A stretch of 64,000 bases of DNA from the NCBI GenBank assembly GCA_963771885.1, contig CAVYVF010000023.1, positions 256,001-320,000 on the forward strand. Direction: 5' to 3'. The DNA comes from Candidatus Bathyarchaeota archaeon. GTDB taxonomy: Archaea; Thermoproteota; Bathyarchaeia; TCS64. This document shows positions 10,332 through 19,885 of this stretch, piece by piece. A program made the position numbers and the translations under genes. The first letter of the stretch is position 1. Each line of letters opens with the position of its first letter. The notes beneath the pieces were generated by a model. That model was not told where the DNA came from and searched no databases. It saw only the letters and a list, made by a program, of their open reading frames with translations.

Positions 10332-10847
10332 CTAAAAGGAGGGCCTAATCGGTTTAACCCGGCCATTCCCCTGGACTTTTTCGCCTAGGACATGTCTGAG
10401 AATTCCTAGATCCTGGGGATCTGCATCAATTACATACTCATTCTTCCCCGCCGGGTAGAGGATGGTCATGGTGTATTTGTCCATCCGAATGTGAGAGTCC
10501 TTATCCTTGGGCTCGACAATACGATCTATGTAGATTTTACTAACCTCTTCAACTGGTATCGCGTAATTATCAGGTGACTCCACGAGGATGCTGTCTGGTG
10601 GCATGGAGAAGTAGCGGCGACAGTACTCGACTATATCCTTCGGTGTCAACACCCTTCCGGCGGCAAGCTTTTCAATAAAGCCCTTGGCTCTCGCTTTCGA
10701 CTGAGCCATAGCCTCCTGCATCTGAGTAGCTCCGAGACGCGCAAATATTAGACGAGCACTCGTGACAACAAGTGTGTACTGCATCGACTGGATTCGACCG
10801 GTCGCCACTAAAACGTGTGGTATTACTCCTATGAGTCTCTCCGACAT
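10332..10847 (-). CDS. Hypothetical protein, possibly PH-like fold
   Basis: Clean ORF; YTLVVTSARLIFAR resembles PH/GRAM beta-hairpin signatures (inference). Confidence 0.55.
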   Translation of the reverse strand: MSERLIGVIPHVLVATGRIQSMQYTLVVTSARLIFARLGATQMQEAMAQSKARAKGFIEKLAAGRVLTPKDIVEYCRRYFSMPPDSILVESPDNYAIPVEEVSKIYIDRIVEPKDKDSHIRMDKYTMTILYPAGKNEYVIDADPQDLGILRHVLGEKVQGNGRVKPIRPSF

Positions 10848-11002
10848 GTATGTGAATTTCTATGTAAGAGTTATATTATTTCCCCCTAATGGATTTTAAA
10901 AAAAAGGCAGATTTGCATCTTTTATTAATAAAAAAATGAGAAAAAGTCAGAGTATGATTATTCAAAGCATAATAACATATACTGGAAAAGTGGTCAAAAT
11001 AG

Positions 11003-11749
11003 TTGAACAATATGTCTAAAGTGACAAAGTTTTGCCCAAATTGTGGTGCATCATTGGAGGAGGGAAAGGCCTTCTGCCCTCAATGCGGGAACAAGGTAGG
11101 CGAACAAGCCGCCCCTCCATCACCAAACACATCGCCACCAGCAATTCCAATAAGTACACCGAGTGAATCAAAAAGAGGTGCAGTCGAGCACCTAACAATC
11201 GGTTATAGTATCGCCTTTGGGAACCCAATGGTGTTTCTCCCCTCTCTGATAAGCGGCGTCGTAGGCTTGCTGGTTGGCTCAACACAAGGTATTCTAGGAC
11301 CAAGTGGTTTCGTTATTATCCAGCTATTAAGTGCACTCGTATCATTCATACTCGGCTTCGCATCAACGGACATGTCGCGAGACGCTTACAATAAGCAGCC
11401 ACTAGATCTGGGACAAAGCATTGGGTACGTCTTAAAACGATTAATCCCATTCTTCATCGCATCGATAATTGGCGCGTTACTATCAATAACTATAGTGCTC
11501 ATACCAGCCGTCACCCTAGCCTTCGTCATAATGGTTATCGACGAAACGGGGATAATGGATGCATTCTCAAAGGCATTCAAGGTCATATTTGCAGATCTTG
11601 GCGACATAATCATAGTTCTGATTGTATCCATCGTAGGTTTCTTTATCATAGGTTATATACCCTACATCTCGACACTCGTCTACTCTATACTTAACGTGAT
11701 AATCGGTTTAGCCTTCATCGACATCTACATAAATTATAAGAATTCATAG
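11003..11749 (+). CDS. Zinc-ribbon-containing multi-pass membrane protein
   Basis: CPNCG...CPQCG, Pro-rich linker, then several hydrophobic helices. Confidence 0.8.
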   Translation: MNNMSKVTKFCPNCGASLEEGKAFCPQCGNKVGEQAAPPSPNTSPPAIPISTPSESKRGAVEHLTIGYSIAFGNPMVFLPSLISGVVGLLVGSTQGILGPSGFVIIQLLSALVSFILGFASTDMSRDAYNKQPLDLGQSIGYVLKRLIPFFIASIIGALLSITIVLIPAVTLAFVIMVIDETGIMDAFSKAFKVIFADLGDIIIVLIVSIVGFFIIGYIPYISTLVYSILNVIIGLAFIDIYINYKNS

Positions 11750-11870
11750 ATCCAGGCGAGCCCGTACTAGTTTTTCCGATCATTATGTTCGATTAAATAC
11801 TAACTTTTTCAGGTATAATGAGTTTAAGTGATATATACACATCCCAATCTAATATCAAAGAGGCGTTGAA

Positions 11871-12696
11871 ATGTCATACATCGTCTATGCGAAGGGATTG
11901 TCAGCCAAGTATAAGCCATTCACAGATGAGATGCTCAGTAACCTCGCCAGAAAGGGAGTTAACATATCAAATCATCGCATCATAGAAAATGGACAGGCTA
12001 TGACCGTCCAATATACTGACGAGACTGGAGATATGACGATAATACCGGAAGGCGACAATATCCGTGTAGCCTACACAGCCTCCGGCGGGCCAGAGACGCT
12101 TAAAGGCACGGTGACGGGAGGAGCCGCCGGTTTGGGAATAGGGGTTTTAACCGGAGTACTAACGGGAAAAGCCAATAAGGACAAGATGCTCGCGGGGGTA
12201 GCGGGTGCAATATCCGGGGGAGCCATCGGAGCCTACAAAGGACACGAGAAGGGACAGAGGGAGAAAATAACATTCGCAAAACTACTAGCATTCGACCGTC
12301 ACAGACACCGAAAGACACCTCCAAAATCTGGATAAGCAGGTGGCGCTAGCTCAGGCCAGGCAAGCGGTAACAGACAAAAACAAGAACATGGAGCGAATAA
12401 GGCTCGACTCGCATCTTTCTCAGCTTAGAGGACAGCTCGAGTCTAGTGAGATAGAGGAGGGCTCAAAGAAGATAGCTGCCGAGTCCAGGCACATTGAACG
12501 AGTATCGGAGCTGGAGGAAAAGTATGCCAATAAAGCTGAGACTCTACAGAAACTTCTCGCAAGCGAAGACAAACGTTACGAATCGGAAATAAAGATGGTC
12601 GAAGCCAACTATTCTCGAATAAAGTCAAATCTCTCAGCCAAAATAGCTGAGACCGAAGCGAAGCTAAATCTGCTAACAAGCCTCAGCGACACATAG
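11871..12696 (+). pseudogene. Glycine-zipper membrane protein with C-terminal coiled coil, split by a +1 frameshift near 12291
   Basis: GGAAGLGIGVLTG and AGAISGGAIG zippers. Deleting one base gives a continuous ...LLASTVTDTERHLQNLDKQVALAQ... into ORF 12340-12696. Confidence 0.65.
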
Positions 12697-12778
12697 TTGC
12701 GACCGGCAACAGATCTGCAAAACCAAAGCGTGATGCAATAACTCTTTATTTGAAAATCATAATCACAAATGATAAACA

Positions 12779-14242
12779 TTGAAGACCAAGAAATTCACAA
12801 TTTTACACTCTAACGATATGCATGGTGACTTCGCTGCCGAGACCCGAGCTGGTGAGACCAAGCTAGTAGGAGGTCTCTCGCTGCTGAGCGGCTATATAAA
12901 CAAAGTAAGACGCGAGGAAGAGAACGTAATATACGTCATCGCGGGCGACATGGTTCAGGGCTCCCTCATCGACTCCGAGTACAAGGGACTGTCAACAATG
13001 GGGTTAATGAACTACCTCGCCCCAGACGTGGTCAGCCTCGGCAACCACGAATTTGACTACGGGTTATCGCACCTACTCTTCCTCGAAAAAGTGGCCAACT
13101 TCCCAATCGTAAACGCAAACCTCTACATCAAACCCTATGGAAAACGATTGATGAAGCCATACCTGATCATGCCCAAGGCAGGGTTCGAGATACTCTTCAC
13201 AGGAATAATTACCGAAAAAGTCATGGACACGATAAGGAACGACTCCTTAGTCAGTAGCTTCGTCACACTCGAAGAAGCAAGCAACGAAGTAGGGAAAATC
13301 TGTAACGCCTACAAGAGCGACGACATCGACCTCACGATTCTTCTCACTCATATCGGCTTCGATTCAGATATCGAACTGGCGAGGATGCTGAAGCCCGAAT
13401 GGGGAGTCGACATAATAATCGGTGGCCACTCTCACACAATACTTGAGAAACCAGCAAAGGAGAACGGGATACTTATCGTACAGGCGGGTGTTGGAACCGA
13501 TCAGATAGGACGATTTGACATAATCGTTGACGATGATACAAACTCGATCATCGAATACAAGTGGACTCTGATCCCAATAGATGGAACCATCGCGGAACCC
13601 GACCAACAACTCCAACAATACCTAGAGAAGTACCAACACGAAGTAGACGACAAATACAACGCAATCATCGGAAAACTAGCCTTTGAACACACTCATCCAA
13701 AACGCGAGATCGAAACATCCACCGGAAACCTGTTCGCCGACGCCTTCGCAGACCACGCTCAAAGCAACGTGATGTTCGTAGCAAGCGGCTCAATCAGAAA
13801 GCCAACACTTGGACCACTTGTCACCATGAGGGACCTCATCCAAAGTTTCCCCTACAACGACGTACTCACTAGGTACACTATCACCGGCGAGCAACTAACA
13901 AGCACTTTCAAGCATATCATGAGGCCCGAAAATAGGAACGGGGAAGGAGAATGCTACCAAGTCAACTCTAGTGTCAGGGCAGTATACAGTGATAGCATGA
14001 AGGACCTCGTCTCCTTAAACATCAGCGGAGAGGAGGTAGATCCGAACAAGAATTATACGATCTGTATGCAGGGGTATCACGCCAAGAACGCTAACTCATA
14101 CTTCAACCTCTCACCCGAGCAATTAAGCGCCCATAAAAGCAAGGTCGTTTCAACTTCCTCCTTTGAAATTCTGGAGGAGTTCATCCGGAACAACCAGAAC
14201 ACCAGTAGACGGGTCGAAGGCAGACTCGTCTATCTACCATAA
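12779..14242 (+). CDS. Bifunctional metallophosphoesterase / 5'-nucleotidase (UshA family), no signal peptide
   Basis: HSNDMHG, AGD, GNHEFD, LTH and GGHSH motifs plus a 5'-nucleotidase C-domain. Confidence 0.9.
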   Translation: MKTKKFTILHSNDMHGDFAAETRAGETKLVGGLSLLSGYINKVRREEENVIYVIAGDMVQGSLIDSEYKGLSTMGLMNYLAPDVVSLGNHEFDYGLSHLLFLEKVANFPIVNANLYIKPYGKRLMKPYLIMPKAGFEILFTGIITEKVMDTIRNDSLVSSFVTLEEASNEVGKICNAYKSDDIDLTILLTHIGFDSDIELARMLKPEWGVDIIIGGHSHTILEKPAKENGILIVQAGVGTDQIGRFDIIVDDDTNSIIEYKWTLIPIDGTIAEPDQQLQQYLEKYQHEVDDKYNAIIGKLAFEHTHPKREIETSTGNLFADAFADHAQSNVMFVASGSIRKPTLGPLVTMRDLIQSFPYNDVLTRYTITGEQLTSTFKHIMRPENRNGEGECYQVNSSVRAVYSDSMKDLVSLNISGEEVDPNKNYTICMQGYHAKNANSYFNLSPEQLSAHKSKVVSTSSFEILEEFIRNNQNTSRRVEGRLVYLP

Positions 14243-14314
14243 TCTGTCTCGCCGCACCAACTATTTCTATCATAAAACAGATAACATCTAACCACCGATT
14301 ACAATCCGACGAAT

Positions 14315-15664
14315 ATGAAGAGAACAATGATAGCGGTTCTACTATCCTTCATACTGATAGCCACCATCACTTCATCGTGGCCAACCCAAGCGATCTATCA
14401 GAACACGAGCAGCGTCGTGATAAATGAGGATGGATCGGTTACACCCACATCGGCTCCGGTGACACGGAACGGGGACACCTACACTCTTACCGATGACATC
14501 TATATCCCCGCATCAACGAACGAGGGAATAATAATCGAGAAGAATGACATTACACTCGACGGCGCTGGACACAAAATTCGGGGCCATGGAGAGAGTTCTT
14601 CAATATTTTTAGAGAATAGAAGCGGGGTCACGATTAGAAACGTGCTCCTTGAAAACTTCTACTGGGGTATCGAGCTTCAAAACAGCACGAAATGCATTGT
14701 CTCGAACAGCAACCTCACGGCAGTCATGTATCCCATCTACTTAGGAAGCTCATCAGGGAACAAGTTCTACCACAACAACATCTTCCGAATCCCATACTAC
14801 ACAGACGGCTCCGACAATACATGGGACAACGGCTACCCATCGGGAGGCAATTTCTGGGACGGATACCCCTATCCCGATACTAAACAGGGGCCGAACCAAG
14901 ACCAAGTGGGAGGTGACGGCATAGGCGATGTTGCCGTCCGTGAGGAAATATTCAGTCAAGGCGGGGAAAACGTAGACAGATATCCACTGATGGTAAGACA
15001 AACGTTCGAAGCTGGGTCAACAACCAGCCTTAAGATAGCCCTCGTAGACTCCTCGGACAAGCCGGTTCAGGGAGCAACTGTTGAGTCGACAGCCCAGCCA
15101 TTGGGGCAGCAACCTCTGAGTGGGACAACCAACGAGGAGGGCGTAGTTCTATTTAACGACGTTAAACCGGGGAGCTATACAATAAAAGCCTCAAAGACTG
15201 GATTTCCAGAGGCTACATCCACCGTCAGCACAACTGAGGGCACGACAGCCAACCTACCAATCACCTTCCAACCCACTCAACCAACTTGCACCCTTAAGGT
15301 GACGGTTAAGGACAAAGACGGCGCCGCAATAAGTGGAGCGAGCATCTCCTCAACCACGCAGCCGAGTGGGCAAGCAACACTGACTGCGACCACTGGGGCG
15401 GATGGCGTAGCGACTTTCTCGGATATAAAACCCGGCGGCTACACTTTCCAAGCGTCAAAGAATGGATACGCTCAGAAATCCGGGTCTTCAAACGTAGCTG
15501 ACGGCGAAACCGCTAACCTCGGATTGACCCTCCAAGCTGCTGGGGACACCGCTGGAGGCGGCGGAATACCCGGGTTCCCAGTAGAAGCGATGGCATCGGG
15601 GGTAATATTGGTACTGATACTTCTTCACACAACAAGGAAACAGACCCGGGTTAGCCAACCGTAA
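14315..15664 (+). CDS. Secreted surface protein: NosD-like beta-helix, two carboxypeptidase-regulatory-like domains, PGF-CTERM-like anchor
   Basis: Signal peptide; ITLDGAGH; WDNGYPSGGNFW; two TQP-GQ...G.YT..ASK.G repeats; C-terminal IPGF + TM + basic tail. Confidence 0.8.
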   Translation: MKRTMIAVLLSFILIATITSSWPTQAIYQNTSSVVINEDGSVTPTSAPVTRNGDTYTLTDDIYIPASTNEGIIIEKNDITLDGAGHKIRGHGESSSIFLENRSGVTIRNVLLENFYWGIELQNSTKCIVSNSNLTAVMYPIYLGSSSGNKFYHNNIFRIPYYTDGSDNTWDNGYPSGGNFWDGYPYPDTKQGPNQDQVGGDGIGDVAVREEIFSQGGENVDRYPLMVRQTFEAGSTTSLKIALVDSSDKPVQGATVESTAQPLGQQPLSGTTNEEGVVLFNDVKPGSYTIKASKTGFPEATSTVSTTEGTTANLPITFQPTQPTCTLKVTVKDKDGAAISGASISSTTQPSGQATLTATTGADGVATFSDIKPGGYTFQASKNGYAQKSGSSNVADGETANLGLTLQAAGDTAGGGGIPGFPVEAMASGVILVLILLHTTRKQTRVSQP

Positions 15665-15697
15665 AATTATTGGGCATCTTCAAACTCACGACCGCAG

Positions 15698-16496
15698 CTA
15701 GCTGTCGGTTGCAGGGCCTATCCTCGCATACATGGAATAGTAGTGGCTAAGAAGGGTCAAGTATAGGAAGGGCTCGACGAGGGCATACGCGGCGGCCCCA
15801 TTCATCATCAGGATGAACAGTGTGACGACGTAGCCCTGAACCCCGATCAAGACGAAGCTAAGCGTAGCAAGGGATACCCATATCACGATAAAAGTCACAG
15901 CTGCAACTAGGCCCGCAGATGTGAATAAGAATAGGGTCTTCAGCCATCGGCCCTTCACAAGTTTGTATCCCTGTATAATGGAGCCTGTTACGTCGGTCTT
16001 TTCGATGAGATGAGAGGGTATGGATAAGGGCAGGAGAATGAATGCTATGACTCCGGGAACCCACAGCATCATGGATCCCACAACCACCCCGACATAGACC
16101 GTGAGAAATAGCAGTAGCGTCCCGGTAGCACCCCTTAGTGAGAAACGCAGAAATCGGTCAGGGGCCTTTCCAGCGACTATTTCGTCGCCAACACCCAAAT
16201 TATATCCCGTGATTATTGATGCTCCAACCATATACAGTAGAGATAATACTCAGAATGTAGAGGGACATGGAGAAAAACTGGGAAATCATGCCCATTGCAG
16301 AGTCGTAGAATGTGGGGTTTCCCTGAACCACGCTTACCTGATACATTAGAACGACTGTGAGCAGCCCGAACATTATGACGGAGAGCAGGAGAGATGATGT
16401 GAAGAAGAAGCGAAAACCTCTCCGGTATAGGTTAGCGGCGTAAGATAGTGTCTTGAATAGAGACATCTCTGACGCCGGTCTATCTCGGGGCATCAT
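15698..16496 (-). pseudogene. Multi-pass membrane protein, split by a +1 frameshift near 16232
   Basis: Two hydrophobic ORFs join (ISTV-MVGASIIT) if one base is removed; SIIQGYKLVKGRW pattern. Confidence 0.65.
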
Positions 16497-16557
16497 ACAT
16501 TATGGTATTAATAGGATCGGCAGTTAATTCTTCTGTATAACTAAAGCCTAGGGCGGA

Positions 16558-17634
16558 CTAGGCTATTTTTTCGCCACAGCTTCCGCAGAACTTTTGCCCA
16601 TTCTGGTTGGCGGACCCACACTTCGGGCAGGTTACGCTAGAGGGAGCCATTGTTTTCCCGCAGTTGCTGCAGAACTTGTTCGACGGCGGGTTTTCGGTAC
16701 CGCAGCTCGGACACTTGGCTCCCTTCGGCTGTAAACTGCCTCCGCACTGGGCGCAGAACTTGTTCCCCTCGGGGTTCTGGAATCCACAGGACGGACAGAC
16801 AACGACTCTCTGCGGCGCCGACTCGGGTTGCATCCCCCTCATCATCTGTGCGCCCATCCCCAGGCCAAGCCCCGCACCGAGGCCGGCACCGGCGGCGCCT
16901 CCGCCTCCGTCGGGGAGGACCTGGGCGGTCTCCTTAGCGTACTGCATGGCCATAGCCTGCTGGCCCATACCTGAGGCGAATCTCCTCGCCTCCTCGGGTA
17001 TCTTCACCCCCTCGAAGACCGCGTCAACCACTGCGAGCCCCGCTCTCCTGGCCTCGTTGTTGATGACGAGCGCGGTCTTGTCGGTCACCTCATCCACGTT
17101 TCTCACGAGGTTCGGTATCTGGTACTCCCCGAAGGCGTCGATTACCCTCTCAACTACGAATCCCCTGATGTAGTTTTCAACGTCCTCCGAGGTGGATGAA
17201 TTTCTGTTTCCGAAGAACTCGGTGACGAAGAGCTTTGGTTCCTCAACCTTGTAGAGCAGATAGCCGAAGAAGCTGATCTCTGCCTGATAGGCGATCTGGC
17301 CACTCGGAGCGGAGTAGGCTTGCCCGCCGAAGTTGGCCCTCATCTGGCTGTTGCTGACGTAGACCACCTCGCATTCGAAGATGTCCCCGATTAGCCCTAT
17401 CCTCTTAACGAGGTCGGTGAGAATTGGGATGTTCGCGCTCGTGATAGTGTGGCGACCCGGCCCTAATACATCGAGGGCCTTCCCGTCGCGGAAGAATACT
17501 GCCCACTGGTTTTCCATAACAATAACTTGACTCCCATACTTGAGGGAGACCTTTGGGAACCTGTGAGCGATTTGATTGGGTTTCGCATCCATCCATTGGA
17601 CTGCTTCAATTATCGGCAACTTTTCCATCTCCAA
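16558..17634 (-). CDS. SPFH/Band-7 domain protein with three C-terminal zinc ribbons
   Basis: GSQVIVMENQWAVFFRDG...GPGRHT SPFH motif, Gly-rich AGLGAGLGLG segment, six CxxC motifs. Confidence 0.9.
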   Translation of the reverse strand: MEMEKLPIIEAVQWMDAKPNQIAHRFPKVSLKYGSQVIVMENQWAVFFRDGKALDVLGPGRHTITSANIPILTDLVKRIGLIGDIFECEVVYVSNSQMRANFGGQAYSAPSGQIAYQAEISFFGYLLYKVEEPKLFVTEFFGNRNSSTSEDVENYIRGFVVERVIDAFGEYQIPNLVRNVDEVTDKTALVINNEARRAGLAVVDAVFEGVKIPEEARRFASGMGQQAMAMQYAKETAQVLPDGGGGAAGAGLGAGLGLGMGAQMMRGMQPESAPQRVVVCPSCGFQNPEGNKFCAQCGGSLQPKGAKCPSCGTENPPSNKFCSNCGKTMAPSSVTCPKCGSANQNGQKFCGSCGEKIA

Positions 17635-17639
17635 GAATC

Positions 17640-18161
17640 TTAACTACTTATAACCTGTTTCCGCTTATCCCAGTTTTCCTCAAACGTTCTGAGGTCCTCG
17701 TTGAGTGTATCTACCAGGGCTCCCAGCGTGGACCAGTCACCCGATTTGAGCGCTGCCTTGGCATCGACCATGTCTTGATCGAGCTTGACCAGATGAACTG
17801 CTAATCCCCTGTCATGTTCTAGGACACTGGTCAGAGCTTTCTCCTGGATCTTTTCCACGCGGTCGAAGAGCCCAGCGTAGCCGTAATCAGCCCGGTTAAC
17901 TGCCGCCGCCAGACGATCGATCGTCTGCATGGCCAGCTTGCAGTCTCTACCTATGCCGGCCTGCCCAGCATCGAGTACGCCGAGGTTGACCAGCTCCCAC
18001 TTGTGACGAAGCCTCATGAGCTCCGAGTGATACTTCTCTCGCAGGTTTTTATCGAGGGCTCTGAGGTCCTCCTTCTTCCCGTAGCCCGCCGTCACGAAGT
18101 TCTCGATGTCGTCGAGTAATCCGCTTCGGACGGGTTTCCTCTGCTCATTAGGTCCACTCAT
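17640..18161 (-). CDS. Conserved helical hypothetical protein in the SPFH operon
   Basis: GY.KKEDLR.LD..LR and ADYGYAGLFD motifs; 5 bp upstream of the SPFH gene. Confidence 0.7.
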   Translation of the reverse strand: MSGPNEQRKPVRSGLLDDIENFVTAGYGKKEDLRALDKNLREKYHSELMRLRHKWELVNLGVLDAGQAGIGRDCKLAMQTIDRLAAAVNRADYGYAGLFDRVEKIQEKALTSVLEHDRGLAVHLVKLDQDMVDAKAALKSGDWSTLGALVDTLNEDLRTFEENWDKRKQVISS

Positions 18162-18199
18162 AACAATTCACCATCATTAGCTCATCTGTTGTTTTATCA

Positions 18200-19237
18200 T
18201 TATTGAACGGTGATAGAGGTGCTACAGTACTTGCATTGCACCGTCATCTGTCCCCTGTAGACCTCGTCCGTGTAAGGGGCGCCGCATTTCGGGCAGGAGA
18301 TGATCCTTTTTTCGACTTTCCCCGACGCTGTGGGCGTCAGCTTAGCTAGTTCTTCATCGACTTGCCCAGAGGTGATCAGGCCGTGGTACTTCAAGACGCG
18401 ATCCGCCTCCTCGCTCTTGGTGTCAAGCTTGAGTTCCGAGTCTCCCTGCTTGAACTCGATAAAGAGCCCCGCCCCCGCTAGGAGCCCTACCCTCCCCTTC
18501 GTGATTTTACTGATCGATCCTATTGGGCGTTCGAGAATCGGGGTCCTCTCGATCTTCTTCTCCGTGACTATGAAGAGCGTCTTCTTCAAGATGATCTCCT
18601 TCTCCCCCTCGTAGATTATCCTCTGGTTTGTGAGCGTGAGGATCCCCTCCATCTTCGCGTTCATATCCTTGGCGTGGACAGCTACGACCGGGGTCTCGCC
18701 CTCCTTCCACTGGAAGCTAGCAGTGGAAGTGATCTTCACGACCTCTTCGGCGTTTGAGACCCCCTGCTCGAGAGGCGTCAAAATGCTCTCGAGCGGAACC
18801 ATCTCCCAATCAATTCGTGAGCTAAAGTCGTAGACGAGGGTCCTCAGCGTATTTATCCTCAAGTCCAAGCCGGATAACCCAACCAAGTCGTATGACGCCG
18901 AAATCCTGCGGGAGTTGATGTCCCTCTCAAGATTATTCAACTCCATTTTGATGGTTCCCGCCCGGCTGGATGCCTCCGTCTTTACCGACGGCCCTATCTC
19001 CGCCCAACGCTGCGCAGCTGTGCCCTGGTCGCCCTCGAAGTTCGTCTGTATCCGGTAATTCATCTGGCGTACCGCGGCTATCCTAGCCGGCAACTTCGAT
19101 ATTGTGTCGTCTACCCTGTTGATTTTCCCCTCGGTTCCACCTAGCTGCAGCCTGAGACCATTCACTTCGTTGATTAACGTGTTAATTTTCTGTTGATAGA
19201 TATTCTGCCTCGTGTTTTGAGAAGACATCTCATCCAC
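18200..19237 (-). CDS. Coiled-coil + PH/GRAM-like + C-terminal zinc-ribbon protein
   Basis: N-terminal heptads; GILTLTNQRIIY; CPKCGA...CKYC. Confidence 0.7.
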   Translation of the reverse strand: MDEMSSQNTRQNIYQQKINTLINEVNGLRLQLGGTEGKINRVDDTISKLPARIAAVRQMNYRIQTNFEGDQGTAAQRWAEIGPSVKTEASSRAGTIKMELNNLERDINSRRISASYDLVGLSGLDLRINTLRTLVYDFSSRIDWEMVPLESILTPLEQGVSNAEEVVKITSTASFQWKEGETPVVAVHAKDMNAKMEGILTLTNQRIIYEGEKEIILKKTLFIVTEKKIERTPILERPIGSISKITKGRVGLLAGAGLFIEFKQGDSELKLDTKSEEADRVLKYHGLITSGQVDEELAKLTPTASGKVEKRIISCPKCGAPYTDEVYRGQMTVQCKYCSTSITVQ

Positions 19238-19406
19238 ATCGACATTGATATTTTTAGTTAAATATTTTTGGTCACAGTAATACAGTTCTGCTAAAAAAAT
19301 TCAGGGAATCATTTGTGGGTGATCCATAAGAAAAAGAGAGTAAGCGATTTCTTAAGTGCTTGAAACGATTGAGGATGAGGGTATTCCTTGACAGCAAGGG
19401 CTAGTA

Positions 19407-19643
19407 ATGAACCGAGAGCTGGACCACCGCTAATTATTTCAGTTCTTACGGGAGGCGAAAAAGCCTCTGACCACTAAAGAACTTCAGCAGGAGGTCCATA
19501 AGAGGGTGGAATTCTGCCTCTTCGACAGCGTCGTTGCATTGAACATGATGAGGCTAAGTGGCACGATCAAAGCAGAGCGCAACGAGGATGGGGCATGGGT
19601 ATGGTGGGTTGAGGATAAGGAAGAAGACTCATCACATAATTGA
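19407..19643 (+). pseudogene. Small winged-helix-like protein interrupted by an in-frame TAA at 19431 (absent from the ORF track)
   Basis: Reads MNRELDHR*LFQFLREAKKPLTTKELQQEV...LNMMRLSGTIKAERNEDGAWVWWV. Confidence 0.55.
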
Positions 19644-19885
19644 ATGAGTTTATTGATTTCATTACGTATTTGTGTCGCGTATTTTGACGAGTTACTTGCG
19701 CGAAAAAGAGATTTGAAACACTCCCCATTATTCAAACTTGGGACAAACAAGAGATGTGAATACGGATTTTTTAATACCATATACTGCGTTGACACGGGAG
19801 ACTTGAAAACACCTCCTTTTCATAGACGCACATAAACACACAAATCAGCCAGATATGGACGTGGAAAACCGAAGTTCCGAGGAAA

